Below are positions 9,576-19,366 of a stretch of DNA of 64,000 bases, one piece after another. Both the position numbers and the translations under genes were made by a program. The number at the start of each line of letters is the position of its first letter. Within the stretch, counting starts at the first letter, position 1. The notes beneath the pieces are model-generated. The model was not told the DNA's origin. It did no database searches and saw only the letters and a list, made by a program, of their open reading frames with translations. This DNA comes from Cyanophyceae cyanobacterium (GTDB lineage: Bacteria > Cyanobacteriota > Cyanobacteriia > Cyanobacteriales > JBHJGN01): positions 1-64,000 of the forward strand of contig JBHJGN010000039.1 in assembly GCA_050331735.1 (NCBI GenBank), read 5' to 3'.

Positions 9576-10619
9576 TCAGATAATTAAATGTAAATCGCCG
9601 AACTCATGCCATAAATAGCCTTGTCGGACTGCCTCTCGGTAGTCGGACTGAATCCGGGGGGCGCTTAAAAAAGCAGTGAGCAAGTCGAGGTGACTAGCCT
9701 CTGGTTCGTGCATGCCGGTTAATAATCCATCCACAGCCTGTAGAGTATGATTAGCATTAATATGAAGGTCTGTGTAGCCGTGTCCAGCTCGGATTCCGGT
9801 GCTATCTGCCACTGATTCTAACGCTCTCACAACGGTCGTCCCAACAGCAATGATGCGTCCGCCTCGCCTGTTTGTTTGGTTGATCTTTCGTGCTGCTGCT
9901 TGACTAATACAGTATTCTTCCTCGGAAGCGAGATGCTGAGCGTCAAGCTCGTCGTCCATGTAGGAAGAAAGTCCGGTATGAAGAAGAATATGAACGCTTT
10001 CTACTCCTTGTCGCTGAAGCTCGAAGAGCAGTTTCCAGGTAAAAGCTCTGCCAGCAGAGGGCATTTCGGCGCTTCCCGGTTCTTTGGCATAAACAGTCTG
10101 ATAGTAATCAAGATTCCAAGGCGCAGAGACGTATTCGTAGCGAATCGGCTGACCGAGACGATACAGACGGTCGATTAATGCCGTCCCGGTTTGGGAAAAG
10201 CGCAGTTTCCAGAGGCGAGGAATCCTTAAATCTCGGCTTTCAACTGTTGCCGTGAGTCCCTGTCCGAAGTCAAGGTGCATCCCGCTACGCAAATTACAGC
10301 TAAACAAGTCGCCTTGCTGACATAGCAGTAAAGCCAACCAGGAGTCGTCAGGCAAGCGGTGTGCCAGACGAACTTCTAAACACGGTCCAGACAATGCACA
10401 CCCTTTGAGGGAGGCTGGTAAGGTGCGACTGGAATTGAATACAAGTAAGTCTCCGCGACGCAGAAACTGGCCGAGCTGAGTAAATTGGGTATGAATGGTG
10501 GAGTGAGTTGTGCGATCGCTTACCATTAACCGTACCCCATCGCGGGCCAGTCCGCGCCGTTCTGGTGGTTCTTTCGCGGCTAATTCTGGGGGAAGAGTGA
10601 AGGTAAAAGGTGCAGACAT
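9576..10619 (-). CDS. queA: QueA-family SAM:tRNA ribosyltransferase-isomerase (divergent paralog type)
   Basis: YQTVYA..PGSAEMPSAG, IAVGTTVVRALES, LLTGMHEP, YLWHEFGD; differs from canonical AAPTAG/TNFHLP/FFSYGD. Confidence 0.8.
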   Translation of the reverse strand: MSAPFTFTLPPELAAKEPPERRGLARDGVRLMVSDRTTHSTIHTQFTQLGQFLRRGDLLVFNSSRTLPASLKGCALSGPCLEVRLAHRLPDDSWLALLLCQQGDLFSCNLRSGMHLDFGQGLTATVESRDLRIPRLWKLRFSQTGTALIDRLYRLGQPIRYEYVSAPWNLDYYQTVYAKEPGSAEMPSAGRAFTWKLLFELQRQGVESVHILLHTGLSSYMDDELDAQHLASEEEYCISQAAARKINQTNRRGGRIIAVGTTVVRALESVADSTGIRAGHGYTDLHINANHTLQAVDGLLTGMHEPEASHLDLLTAFLSAPRIQSDYREAVRQGYLWHEFGDLHLII

Positions 10620-10674
10620 AGAAATATTACAAGTTTATGCTTGTTACTGACTGTTACTCGGCTCTGTCTGGTGT

Positions 10675-11517
10675 TTAAACAGAGGACACCTTGTCCATGC
10701 CCCAGTTGGCTTCCTGGGCTTGAAGTCTTTGTCCATTAATAGTCTTCGACTCGTCCGAGGCTAAGTAGACAAATACGTTCGTTACGTCAGCCGGATCTGC
10801 CCACTGAGCGGGATCTTCGTCGGGTTCTGCGGCTCGATGCATCGCCGTATTCATATCCCCTGGATCGACCCAGTTGACGCGAACGCCACTGCCTTCGAGT
10901 TCTGCTGCCCACGTCTGAGATAAACCTTCAATGCCGAATTTCGAGATGCCGTAAGCGCCCCAGCCGGGGTATCCGGTTACTCCAGCGTCGCTGGTGACGT
11001 TGATAATCGCTCCTCCGTTCTCGATCATGGCGGGGAGAGCTTTCCTGATCAGGAGGAAGGGAGCAATTAAGTTGGTGTTGAGGACGGTATGAAAGTCTTC
11101 AAGGGGATAGTCGAGGAGATAGGGCATCGGCGAGGGACCGATCGTGGAGGCATTATTAACCAACACATCTAAGCGACCAAATTCGTTGAGGGTCGTGGCG
11201 ATCGCTCGCTCAATCTCTTCTGGGCGCGTTAAGTCGGCAGCAATGGTGAGCAGGCGGGTCTGAGCTGCTTGCAGGCGGCGCATTTCCTGCACGACTTTTT
11301 CAATCGCGTCGGGCTGGCTAATATCGGCAGCTACAACCACTACCTGCGTCTTTGTCGCTTCCTGTATTTCCTGCTTGACGGCTGCCAGCGCCTCAGCATG
11401 GCGAGCAACCATCGCTATTCCGGCAGCACCTTCTTGGGCATAGGCGATCGCTAACTGTCGCCCCAATCCTTGGGAAGCTCCGGTAATCAAAATATACTTT
11501 CCCTGTAGTTTATCCAT
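10675..11517 (-). CDS. SDR family oxidoreductase
   Basis: TGASQGLG, NNAS, YGISK (YxxxK). Confidence 0.92.
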   Translation of the reverse strand: MDKLQGKYILITGASQGLGRQLAIAYAQEGAAGIAMVARHAEALAAVKQEIQEATKTQVVVVAADISQPDAIEKVVQEMRRLQAAQTRLLTIAADLTRPEEIERAIATTLNEFGRLDVLVNNASTIGPSPMPYLLDYPLEDFHTVLNTNLIAPFLLIRKALPAMIENGGAIINVTSDAGVTGYPGWGAYGISKFGIEGLSQTWAAELEGSGVRVNWVDPGDMNTAMHRAAEPDEDPAQWADPADVTNVFVYLASDESKTINGQRLQAQEANWGMDKVSSV

Positions 11518-11540
11518 AATTAGCTTTTATCTCTCTGTCT

Positions 11541-11572
11541 AAATCATACTCGTTATGAGTACGATTTGACAA
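11541..11572 (-). promoter_or_regulatory. Sigma70-type promoter of the SDR-queA operon with overlapping palindromic operator
   Basis: Minus strand TTGTCA-18 nt-TATGAT about 25 nt upstream of the start codon; palindrome AAATCATACTC-gttat-GAGTACGATTT at 11541-11567. Confidence 0.65.
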
Positions 11573-12039
11573 TTCTCAAGAAGTTGGGCCTCAAAAGAAA
11601 TAGGCAGCTTTTCTGGGTTAAAAGGGCTCAGGTTGATGAAACTTAAAGTCAAGAACCATAGGAAACTAAACTTTGCAAGTTTTAGGTCGGATTTGTTCGA
11701 TTTTTTAAGTCTCACTGAATATCAAAATAAAAAATAAGCTCTAGCGAACATTCGTACTGATTAGATTATTAGCAAGAAAATTATGATATAGAAGCAATAA
11801 ACGAGAGAAGAGCCGAGGAAGATAGTTAACAGCTTCTTAGAAAAGTGTTTATTTATTGTTAGCGACTTATTTATTTCCGGTGCTATTGGTTCCCACTCTT
11901 GACCGCCTCATCCGAAGCGAAAGCGATCGCGCCCCTCAAAACCAGACATCTGGCGAAATTACCTCAAAAGCTAGCTTAGCGATCACCGCTAGGAAATTAG
12001 CTGTCTGCTTTCGTCAGAGTTAGTCAATTACAAGGGAGC

Positions 12040-13440
12040 TCAGCGAGCACTCGCTAGGCGATCGCGAAAATACTGTTGATAGAGCTGACAGCTTGGGACT
12101 GCCAAATTGCCCTGCATTCTCACCAGCCCCATACTGTGAAGCTTGAAGGCGACAAGCTGATTCAATTCTACAGGGTCTGCGGCTGCCACCACCTGCTGAT
12201 AGGCTTCTCCTAAAACAGGATGCTCTTGCAGAGAGCGCAAGTGTCGATGGAGATGGCAGTGGTAAATTCCTTCATCTGTAGCGGCGGTTTGAATCAGGCG
12301 AGTAAAGTCGGTGGTTTGGGACAAATAGTAAAGCGCTTGTTGAAGGAGGTAGGGATGTCCGGCCACCAGTGCCATCAGTTCCATCAGCGGCACTGCTTCG
12401 ACTCCATAGCGCTGCGCTAAGTCTTGGAGTTGTTCTGACGTGAAGGGTTGAAGTTCCACCGCCAGTCCGACATTAAAGGGCGATTTATTGATATCTAGCG
12501 GGATATAAACCTCTGTCGAGTGAACGACAATAAGGCGGAGGTTCCGCCACAGAGGGTTACCACTGTCTCCGTAGGCGGCTTCTTCATACCAGGAACGCAG
12601 AAGACTAAAGAAATCATCGGCAATGTCTGGGTGGAGAAAAACTTCATCCACTGCATCCAAAGCTAAGACCAAAGGCCCATTGAGGCTCGGAAGTAAACAA
12701 TCTTCAAAATAAGCAGTACAGTTACTTTTGGCCCCAAAGGTATCGCTCCAGTAGTCCTCGATTCGGCAAGATAGCTGTAGCTTCCGAGTCACAGCGGCAC
12801 AGAACCAGCGCAACAACCGCTCCAAATCACCAAAAATATCGCGATCCGCTCGCTGGAGGTTGAGCAATACGGGACGAACGGCTGTTTCCTCCGGGGCAGT
12901 CTGTCTAGCAGACGCTAAGATTCTGATGGCTAAAGACGTTTTGCCCATCTGACTAGGGGCTTTGATGCGAATCAGCGCCCCCGGCTGCTCGATCTCTGCA
13001 TAACAGCGAGACTCAACGGGCGATCGCTCAATATAGAAAGCGGAGTCTAGAGGAACGGGACCATCCCAAGATTTGAGGGACTGAGCCGCTGGGGAAAACC
13101 CTTGACGGGCTGGGTAGCTCGCGCTCGTCCGGTCCAGACTCTTACTCGTGATGGCGGCAATGAGGCTAGTCTTGCTGACTTTTTCGCCCAGGCTGGCTGA
13201 GAGGAGCTGCCAGAGTTTTGGGCCAACATCGTGCTTAATGTATTCAGGGGCATAGCCGCTATCGGCAGCAATCTGGTCGTAGGTTTTCCCGAACCAGGCT
13301 CCCTTAAGCACTTCTACCTCAATGTTTTTGAGATGCCTTCCCTGTTGAGCTAAGACGGCGGCATCGACGATGTGGAGAGCCTCTTGAAACTCGATTGTCG
13401 GGCTAGCTGCAATGGTGTTCATTTCTTCTGGCATAGACAA
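12040..13440 (-). CDS. N-terminal winged-helix plus AAA-like (AAA_35) STAND ATPase
   Basis: HLKNIEVEVLKGAW..KTYDQIA..LWQLLS wHTH; VPLDSAFYIER, APSQMGKTS, SPFNVG, GHPYL. Confidence 0.88.
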   Translation of the reverse strand: MSMPEEMNTIAASPTIEFQEALHIVDAAVLAQQGRHLKNIEVEVLKGAWFGKTYDQIAADSGYAPEYIKHDVGPKLWQLLSASLGEKVSKTSLIAAITSKSLDRTSASYPARQGFSPAAQSLKSWDGPVPLDSAFYIERSPVESRCYAEIEQPGALIRIKAPSQMGKTSLAIRILASARQTAPEETAVRPVLLNLQRADRDIFGDLERLLRWFCAAVTRKLQLSCRIEDYWSDTFGAKSNCTAYFEDCLLPSLNGPLVLALDAVDEVFLHPDIADDFFSLLRSWYEEAAYGDSGNPLWRNLRLIVVHSTEVYIPLDINKSPFNVGLAVELQPFTSEQLQDLAQRYGVEAVPLMELMALVAGHPYLLQQALYYLSQTTDFTRLIQTAATDEGIYHCHLHRHLRSLQEHPVLGEAYQQVVAAADPVELNQLVAFKLHSMGLVRMQGNLAVPSCQLYQQYFRDRLASAR

Positions 13441-13793
13441 CTACTCTGAGGCACTGGGGGCGATCGCGGAGTCAACTCCTTCTGCTGTTGGCAGCCAAGA
13501 CTGCACCGAGCGACACTATTGACACCATAGCAATGGTCAAGCAATAAATTATCGCAGTTTCTCCCTCACAAGTTGGCGAGTCTTTGCTTGAGAGTTGTCT
13601 TCAATCGACAACATTTCAGCCCTGTTTCAGTCTTTTCTCAGTGTTGATGAGGCGGAAGCAAACGTTAACGGTTGTTGCTGCATGGGTCAGCAAACATCGC
13701 TGACGCTTTAACATATAACTTGAAAACATTTGTCTCAGTTAATGTCTCAATTTTGCTGATGGTGTCAGCTTCAGTTCAGCATCAATTCAGACT

Positions 13794-16700
13794 ATGGCAG
13801 ATTCGGTTAAAGCCACTCCTAGAGGACTCGAACGCATCGATCAGGCCAGACGCAGCAAAGGATGGAACAAAACAGCCGAGGCTTGGTGCTCTCAGGCTTT
13901 TACCTCTAGAGCAACGCTAAATCGATTCTGGGCTAGACACGCCATTCGCCGGGAAACATTTATCACCATTTGCGAAGCGGTGGGGATCGACTGGGAGGAA
14001 GTCGTTGAGGGACAAGAACCGCTCGACCCCCCGCCTCGGCCAGCCGCATATCAAGATTGGGGACAAGCGCCGGATGTCTCGGGCTTCTGCGGGCGCGAGC
14101 CAGAACTCAACACTCTTCAGCAGTGGACGATCGCCGAGCGGTGTCGCTTAGTGAGCTTAATTGGCATGGGCGGCATTGGGAAAACCACCCTCGCTATTAA
14201 ATGGGCTCAGCAGCAAAACCAGTTCCAGTTTACCTTTTGGCGCAGTCTGCGCAATGCTCCGCGGCTCGAAGACCTGTTGACAGAGCTCATTGAATTTCTC
14301 TCTCACGGGAAAGAAACAGACTTGCCAGAGCATCTGGACGGAAAAATGCTGCGCCTGCTTCATTACCTGCGCACCGCTTCCTGTTTGCTGATCTTAGATA
14401 ATGTCGAATCAATTTTGCAGAGCGGTCAGGCGCCCTCGGCGAGCAACGCTTCCCGGAGAGCTTACCGAGAGGGCTACGAACGATACGGGCAGATGATTCG
14501 CTGCCTAGGTGAGTCTCCTCATCAGAGTACCCTGATCGTCACATCGCGGGAACCCCTGCCGGGGCTAGCTGCTCTGGAGGGACAAGATTTCCCAGGGCGT
14601 TGCCTCCAGCTTCAGGGATTGCCTCCAGTCGAAGGTCGAGCAGTGCTCTGCGCTCAAGGCACTTTGACTGCTCCAGAAGAGGACTGGCAAGCTCTGATTA
14701 CGCGCTATGGAGGGAATCCCCTCGCGTTGAAAATTATTTCTGCCTACATCAGGGATTTCTTCGACGGCAACGTGGCTCCTTTTCTAGAGTTGCTTCGACA
14801 AGAACCGTTCATCTTCGACGATATCCGCGATTTGCTGACGCAGCAGTTTGGCCGTCTCAGTCCCCTGGAGCAGCAGCTAATCTATTGGCTGGCGATTAAT
14901 CGGGAGCCGGTGGCGTATCAGGAATTACGGTCAGATTTTCTTCAGCCCGTCTCTGGAGGAGAAATTGTCCAGGGACTGATGTCAGTACAGCGTCGTTCTT
15001 TGGTAGAAAAGACCGATACTGGATTTACGCTCCAGCCAGTGGTGATGGAATATGCGCTCGCTCAACTGATCGAGCAGGTGGCGGTGGAACTGACATCGGG
15101 CCATCTTAAGCTTTTACACAGTCATGCCCTTTCAAAAGCCCAGGCTAAAGACTATATCAGAACAGCGCAGGGCTATCTCATCCTCCAGCCTCTCATTGAC
15201 CGACTGAAGGAAACCTACGGCTCAATTCCCGCGATCGCCGCTCAGTGCCGGGAAATTTTGGACCGCCTGCGCGGTCAACTGCCCCGCGAGAGCGGCTACG
15301 CTGGAGGAAACATCTTTAATCTGCTGCGGCAAATGCAGGTTGAGCTAGACGGCTACGATTTTTCTCGTTTAGTTCTCTGGCAAGCTAATTTTCAGGGGCT
15401 TGCTCTGCATCACGTCAATCTCGCCGCGGCTGACTTATCTAAAGCTGCTTTTACCCAAACCTTCGGCAGCGTTCTCACCGTCGCCTTCAGTCCCGACGGA
15501 AATCTGTTAGCCACAGGCGATGGCAAAGGAGACGTTCAGCTATGGCAGGTAGCGAGTGCGCAACCGTTACTCACCCTACCAGGACATGCTAACTGGGTCC
15601 AGTCGGTGGTCTTCAGTCCCGATGGAACTCTCTTAGCTAGCGGCAGCGACGACAAAACGATTCGGCTGTGGGAAGTGCCGAGGGGTCAACTGCGGCAAAC
15701 TTTACGAGGGCATACGAATTCTGTGCGAGCGATCGCCTTTAGTCCCAATGGTAAACTGCTAGCCAGCGGCAGTACCGACGGCACCCTGAGACTCTGGGAG
15801 GTAGCCAGCGGACAGTTAGTCAAGATGTTTTCGGGACACCGCAGCTCTGTTTGGTCAGTGGACTACAGCCCCAACGGTAAACTGCTAGCCAGCGGCAGCA
15901 GCGACGGGACGGTGAAGCTTTGGGAGGTTAAGAGCGGCAGAAGGATTCGTACTCTCCAAGAGCATACGAGCTGGGTGTGGTCTGTAGCCTTCAGTCCTGA
16001 CGGCACTTGCCTAGCGAGCGGCAGCGACGATAATACGATTAAGCTCTGGAGCATCCGCTCCGGTCAGGCTCTCAAAACCCTCGCAGGACATACTCAAGCG
16101 GTTCGCTCAGTGGTGTTTCATCCAGATGGCAAAACGCTGGCGAGCGGCAGTGACGACCGCACGATTCGGCTATGGAACCTTATTGGACAGAGCAAATCTT
16201 TTCTTGGACACAGCAATTCAGTTTGGTCAGTGGTGTTTCACCCCAACGGCCAGACGCTGGCGAGCGGCAGTACCGACCAGACGGTGAGACTATGGGAGAC
16301 AGCCACCGGTCAAGCAGTAAGAAGCCTTCAAGGTCACACTAACTGGGTGCTGTCTGTGGCCTTTAGTCCCGACGGCCAGATTTTGGCGAGCGGTAGCGAT
16401 GACTCTACGATCAAACTGTGGGATATTAGCGATCGCACCTCAAGAATCCTGTCAGGGCATACTAACTGGGTCTGGTCAGTGGCTTTTAGCCCCAATGGTC
16501 ACCTCCTGGCCAGTGCCAGTGACGATCGCACGATCCGACTGTGGCACGTTCCCACGGGTCAGGCCCTCAGCACTTTGGTCGGTCATACCGACTGGGTATT
16601 GTCAGTGGCCTTTAGCCCTAACGGTCGTCGGCTAGCCAGTGCCAGCGCTGATCGCACCATCCGACTTTGGGACAGCACTGGTCAACTCCAACAAACCCTA

Positions 16701-17297
16701 TCAGGTCATAGTGACTGGGTGCGCTGCGTCACTTTTAGCCCGGACGGTCACCGGCTGGCCAGTGCCAGTACCGATGGCACTATCCGACTCTGGGACGCTG
16801 ACACCGGTCGGACGGCAAATATACTTCAGGGACATCGGAATTGGGTGCGCTGCGTCACTTTTAGCCCAAACGGTCATCTGCTGGCCAGTGCCAGTACCGA
16901 TGGCACCATTATTCTCTGGAATGCACATTCGGGCCAGATGCTGCAAACGCTCCGGGGGCATACTGACTGGGTGCTCTGTGTTGCTTTCAGTCCTGATGGT
17001 TGTACCCTCGCTAGCGGCAGCACCGACCGCACGATCAAGCTGTGGAATTTAGTGACCCAAAAATGTGACCATACGCTCCGAGGACATGCTCACTCAGTAC
17101 AGTCCGTTGCCTACAGTAAGAAAGGTTATCTAGCAAGCTGTAGTAAAGATGAAACGATCAAGCTATGGCGAAACAGTCAATGTTGGCAAACTCTCAAGGG
17201 CAATCAGCCCTACCAGGGAACAAACATTACTGGGGTAACCGGGTTAAGTGAAGCACAACTTGCCAATCTACAGGCTCTCGGAGCCATTTTAGAATAA
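13794..17297 (+). CDS. HTH-NB-ARC(STAND)-pentapeptide linker-WD40 repeat protein (NLR-like)
   Basis: N-terminal HTH (SRATLNRFW), GMGGIGKTT Walker A, LLILDNVE, GGNPLAL, about 14 WD40 repeats, PYQGTNITGVTGL tail. Confidence 0.93.
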   Translation: MADSVKATPRGLERIDQARRSKGWNKTAEAWCSQAFTSRATLNRFWARHAIRRETFITICEAVGIDWEEVVEGQEPLDPPPRPAAYQDWGQAPDVSGFCGREPELNTLQQWTIAERCRLVSLIGMGGIGKTTLAIKWAQQQNQFQFTFWRSLRNAPRLEDLLTELIEFLSHGKETDLPEHLDGKMLRLLHYLRTASCLLILDNVESILQSGQAPSASNASRRAYREGYERYGQMIRCLGESPHQSTLIVTSREPLPGLAALEGQDFPGRCLQLQGLPPVEGRAVLCAQGTLTAPEEDWQALITRYGGNPLALKIISAYIRDFFDGNVAPFLELLRQEPFIFDDIRDLLTQQFGRLSPLEQQLIYWLAINREPVAYQELRSDFLQPVSGGEIVQGLMSVQRRSLVEKTDTGFTLQPVVMEYALAQLIEQVAVELTSGHLKLLHSHALSKAQAKDYIRTAQGYLILQPLIDRLKETYGSIPAIAAQCREILDRLRGQLPRESGYAGGNIFNLLRQMQVELDGYDFSRLVLWQANFQGLALHHVNLAAADLSKAAFTQTFGSVLTVAFSPDGNLLATGDGKGDVQLWQVASAQPLLTLPGHANWVQSVVFSPDGTLLASGSDDKTIRLWEVPRGQLRQTLRGHTNSVRAIAFSPNGKLLASGSTDGTLRLWEVASGQLVKMFSGHRSSVWSVDYSPNGKLLASGSSDGTVKLWEVKSGRRIRTLQEHTSWVWSVAFSPDGTCLASGSDDNTIKLWSIRSGQALKTLAGHTQAVRSVVFHPDGKTLASGSDDRTIRLWNLIGQSKSFLGHSNSVWSVVFHPNGQTLASGSTDQTVRLWETATGQAVRSLQGHTNWVLSVAFSPDGQILASGSDDSTIKLWDISDRTSRILSGHTNWVWSVAFSPNGHLLASASDDRTIRLWHVPTGQALSTLVGHTDWVLSVAFSPNGRRLASASADRTIRLWDSTGQLQQTLSGHSDWVRCVTFSPDGHRLASASTDGTIRLWDADTGRTANILQGHRNWVRCVTFSPNGHLLASASTDGTIILWNAHSGQMLQTLRGHTDWVLCVAFSPDGCTLASGSTDRTIKLWNLVTQKCDHTLRGHAHSVQSVAYSKKGYLASCSKDETIKLWRNSQCWQTLKGNQPYQGTNITGVTGLSEAQLANLQALGAILE
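15462..17170 (+). repeat. WD40 tandem repeat array, unit about 126 bp
   Basis: GH..V.SVAFSP.G..LASGS.D.TI.LW units; identical 26-nt blocks at 16716 and 16842. Confidence 0.9.
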
Positions 17298-17431
17298 ATC
17301 GGCAGGCGGATACAGATAGAAGCCGTCGCTGATTCGGAAGTCAACCAGATGGCAAGCTAGCGTGACTTGTTAGCAACGTCTGTGCGGGCTTGCCCGTGAC
17401 TTCATGTTCCATTGACAGAGGCTTGATTTTT

Positions 17432-19366
17432 ATGACGACTACTTTGACAGAGACAGGCTGGAGCGGAGACAGTTCAGGAGTTTGGACAAGTGGGACTGAC
17501 AGTGTGATCGACCCGGATGACGGGATTGAGGTTAACTCAGAAACCACAGCCGAGACACGAGCAGGCGACGACGCCATCGAGGGCACTGACACCGACCAGC
17601 TAGATTCAACGAACGCTGGCATTAGCAATCGGGGCATAGTTAAGACTGGACCGGGTGACGATACCGTTCAGGGAACCGCTGAAACGACAGACGAGCACGT
17701 TGAAATCGATGACTTCCTGATGTTTGAGGAGATCCAGGACATCGTTGAGGACAGCACCGAAGAAGATCCGGAAGTCGATCCCTTTGTTGCCAGCGTTATC
17801 GAGCATCACGAGATGCTCGCAGACATCAAGGGCATCGTCGAAACTAACTCGCTCACCGCTCAAGGTGCGATCGCCAATCTTTTCACCATCGGCATCGACA
17901 ATGCTCAAGGTGGGATCGAGACCGGAGCTGGCGACGATGCTGTTGCGGGAACGGCTGAAGCGGAGGCGAGCGGCACTGACGTTGAGGCCACCACGGTCGG
18001 CATCGATAATTCCCAGGGCCAGATTAAAACGGGTGCTGGCCACGATACCGTTACGGGAACGGCTGAAGCGGAGGTGGAAGGCACTCAAGTCCTCAGCCTC
18101 GCTACAGGGATCGATAATTCCCAAAGTACCCTGATCACCAATGCTGGCCACGACACCGTTCAGGGAACGGCTGAGGCGACGGCTCAGGGCTCTGCAGTTG
18201 AAGCCATTGCTGTAGGAATTAGCAATTTTGGAGAAATTACCACCGGTGCCGGTGATGACACGGTTAAGGGAACGGCTGAAGCGACGGCTCAGGGCTCTGG
18301 AGATTCTCCGGCTTTTGTCTTTCCTTTGGCTATCGGCATCGATAATACTCAGGGCACGATCAAAACGGGTGCTGGCCACGATACCGTTCTGGGAACGGCT
18401 GAGACGAAGGCTCAGGGAATGGAAGGATTCACCTTGGCTATCGGCATCGATAATACTCAGGGCACGATCAAAACTGGCGCTGGCCGCGATACCGTTCGGG
18501 GAACGGCTGAGGCGAAGGCGGAAGGCTCTGGATCCGAGAGTGTGGCCACAGGCATCGATAATTTCCAAGGTTTATTCGGAAGCTCAGCAGCCATCATCAA
18601 AACTAATGCTGGCGACGACACCGTTGAGGGAATTGCTGAGGCAACGGCTGAGAGTCAGGCGGGTGACGCGAGTGCTGACTCCACGGGGATTCTCAACTTT
18701 AGCGAGCTGGCTTCAATTCAGACCGGCGCTGGTCGCGATACGGTTTTAGGAAGAGCTGAAAGTGAAGCACACAGCCAAGAAGGCTCCGCTAGCGCTCAGG
18801 CGCTCGGGATCTCCAATTTTGGAGTGATTAAAACTGGGGATGGTGACGATTCTATCAAGGGACTCGCTGAGGCAACCACCGAGGAGAGTGCCTCGGCGAC
18901 TGTTGCCATTGGCATCAACGATTTTGGGGATTTTGGAGGAATTCGCACTGGTAAAGGCAAAGATACCGTCGAGGGCAAGGCTGAGGCCACTGGAGACAAT
19001 GCCACTGCTACCGGGATCCGCAATACCGAGATTCGTTTAGGTTTCAGCGATGATGTCATTACGGCCCGAGCCAGCGGGACAGGAGTCAACCGGGGTGTTG
19101 ACAACGTTCTGCTTGATGGGGGTCAAGGCCAAGATACCTTTGATATTCAAAACGGCAACGGGAGCATCTTTGGAGGTGCAGGAAACAAAGATTTGCTGAT
19201 TTTAGAGGGATTAAAAGAAGAGTATACTTTCACAGAGCTGTCATCTTTATCCCTCGGTGTCTCGATTACCAATGCTGAAAATTTCACAGATTTGACTGTC
19301 AGTCAGGTAGAGTTATTCCAGTTTTCTGGCCACCCTGCTACTCATCCCTACGAAGCAGTCGTTTAA
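17432..19366 (+). CDS. Acidic Gly/Ala/Thr-rich repetitive exoprotein with RTX-like repeats
   Basis: More than 10 units GIDN.QG.I.TGAG.DTV.GTAEA; C-terminal LDGGQGQDTF/IFGGAGNKD; no signal peptide; likely start ATG 17432. Confidence 0.75.
   Translation: MTTTLTETGWSGDSSGVWTSGTDSVIDPDDGIEVNSETTAETRAGDDAIEGTDTDQLDSTNAGISNRGIVKTGPGDDTVQGTAETTDEHVEIDDFLMFEEIQDIVEDSTEEDPEVDPFVASVIEHHEMLADIKGIVETNSLTAQGAIANLFTIGIDNAQGGIETGAGDDAVAGTAEAEASGTDVEATTVGIDNSQGQIKTGAGHDTVTGTAEAEVEGTQVLSLATGIDNSQSTLITNAGHDTVQGTAEATAQGSAVEAIAVGISNFGEITTGAGDDTVKGTAEATAQGSGDSPAFVFPLAIGIDNTQGTIKTGAGHDTVLGTAETKAQGMEGFTLAIGIDNTQGTIKTGAGRDTVRGTAEAKAEGSGSESVATGIDNFQGLFGSSAAIIKTNAGDDTVEGIAEATAESQAGDASADSTGILNFSELASIQTGAGRDTVLGRAESEAHSQEGSASAQALGISNFGVIKTGDGDDSIKGLAEATTEESASATVAIGINDFGDFGGIRTGKGKDTVEGKAEATGDNATATGIRNTEIRLGFSDDVITARASGTGVNRGVDNVLLDGGQGQDTFDIQNGNGSIFGGAGNKDLLILEGLKEEYTFTELSSLSLGVSITNAENFTDLTVSQVELFQFSGHPATHPYEAVV

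Noticed and set aside
17606..18568. 320-aa antisense ORF and other shadow ORFs in the repeat protein
   Set aside because: Explained by codon bias and repeats of the sense gene; no independent motif
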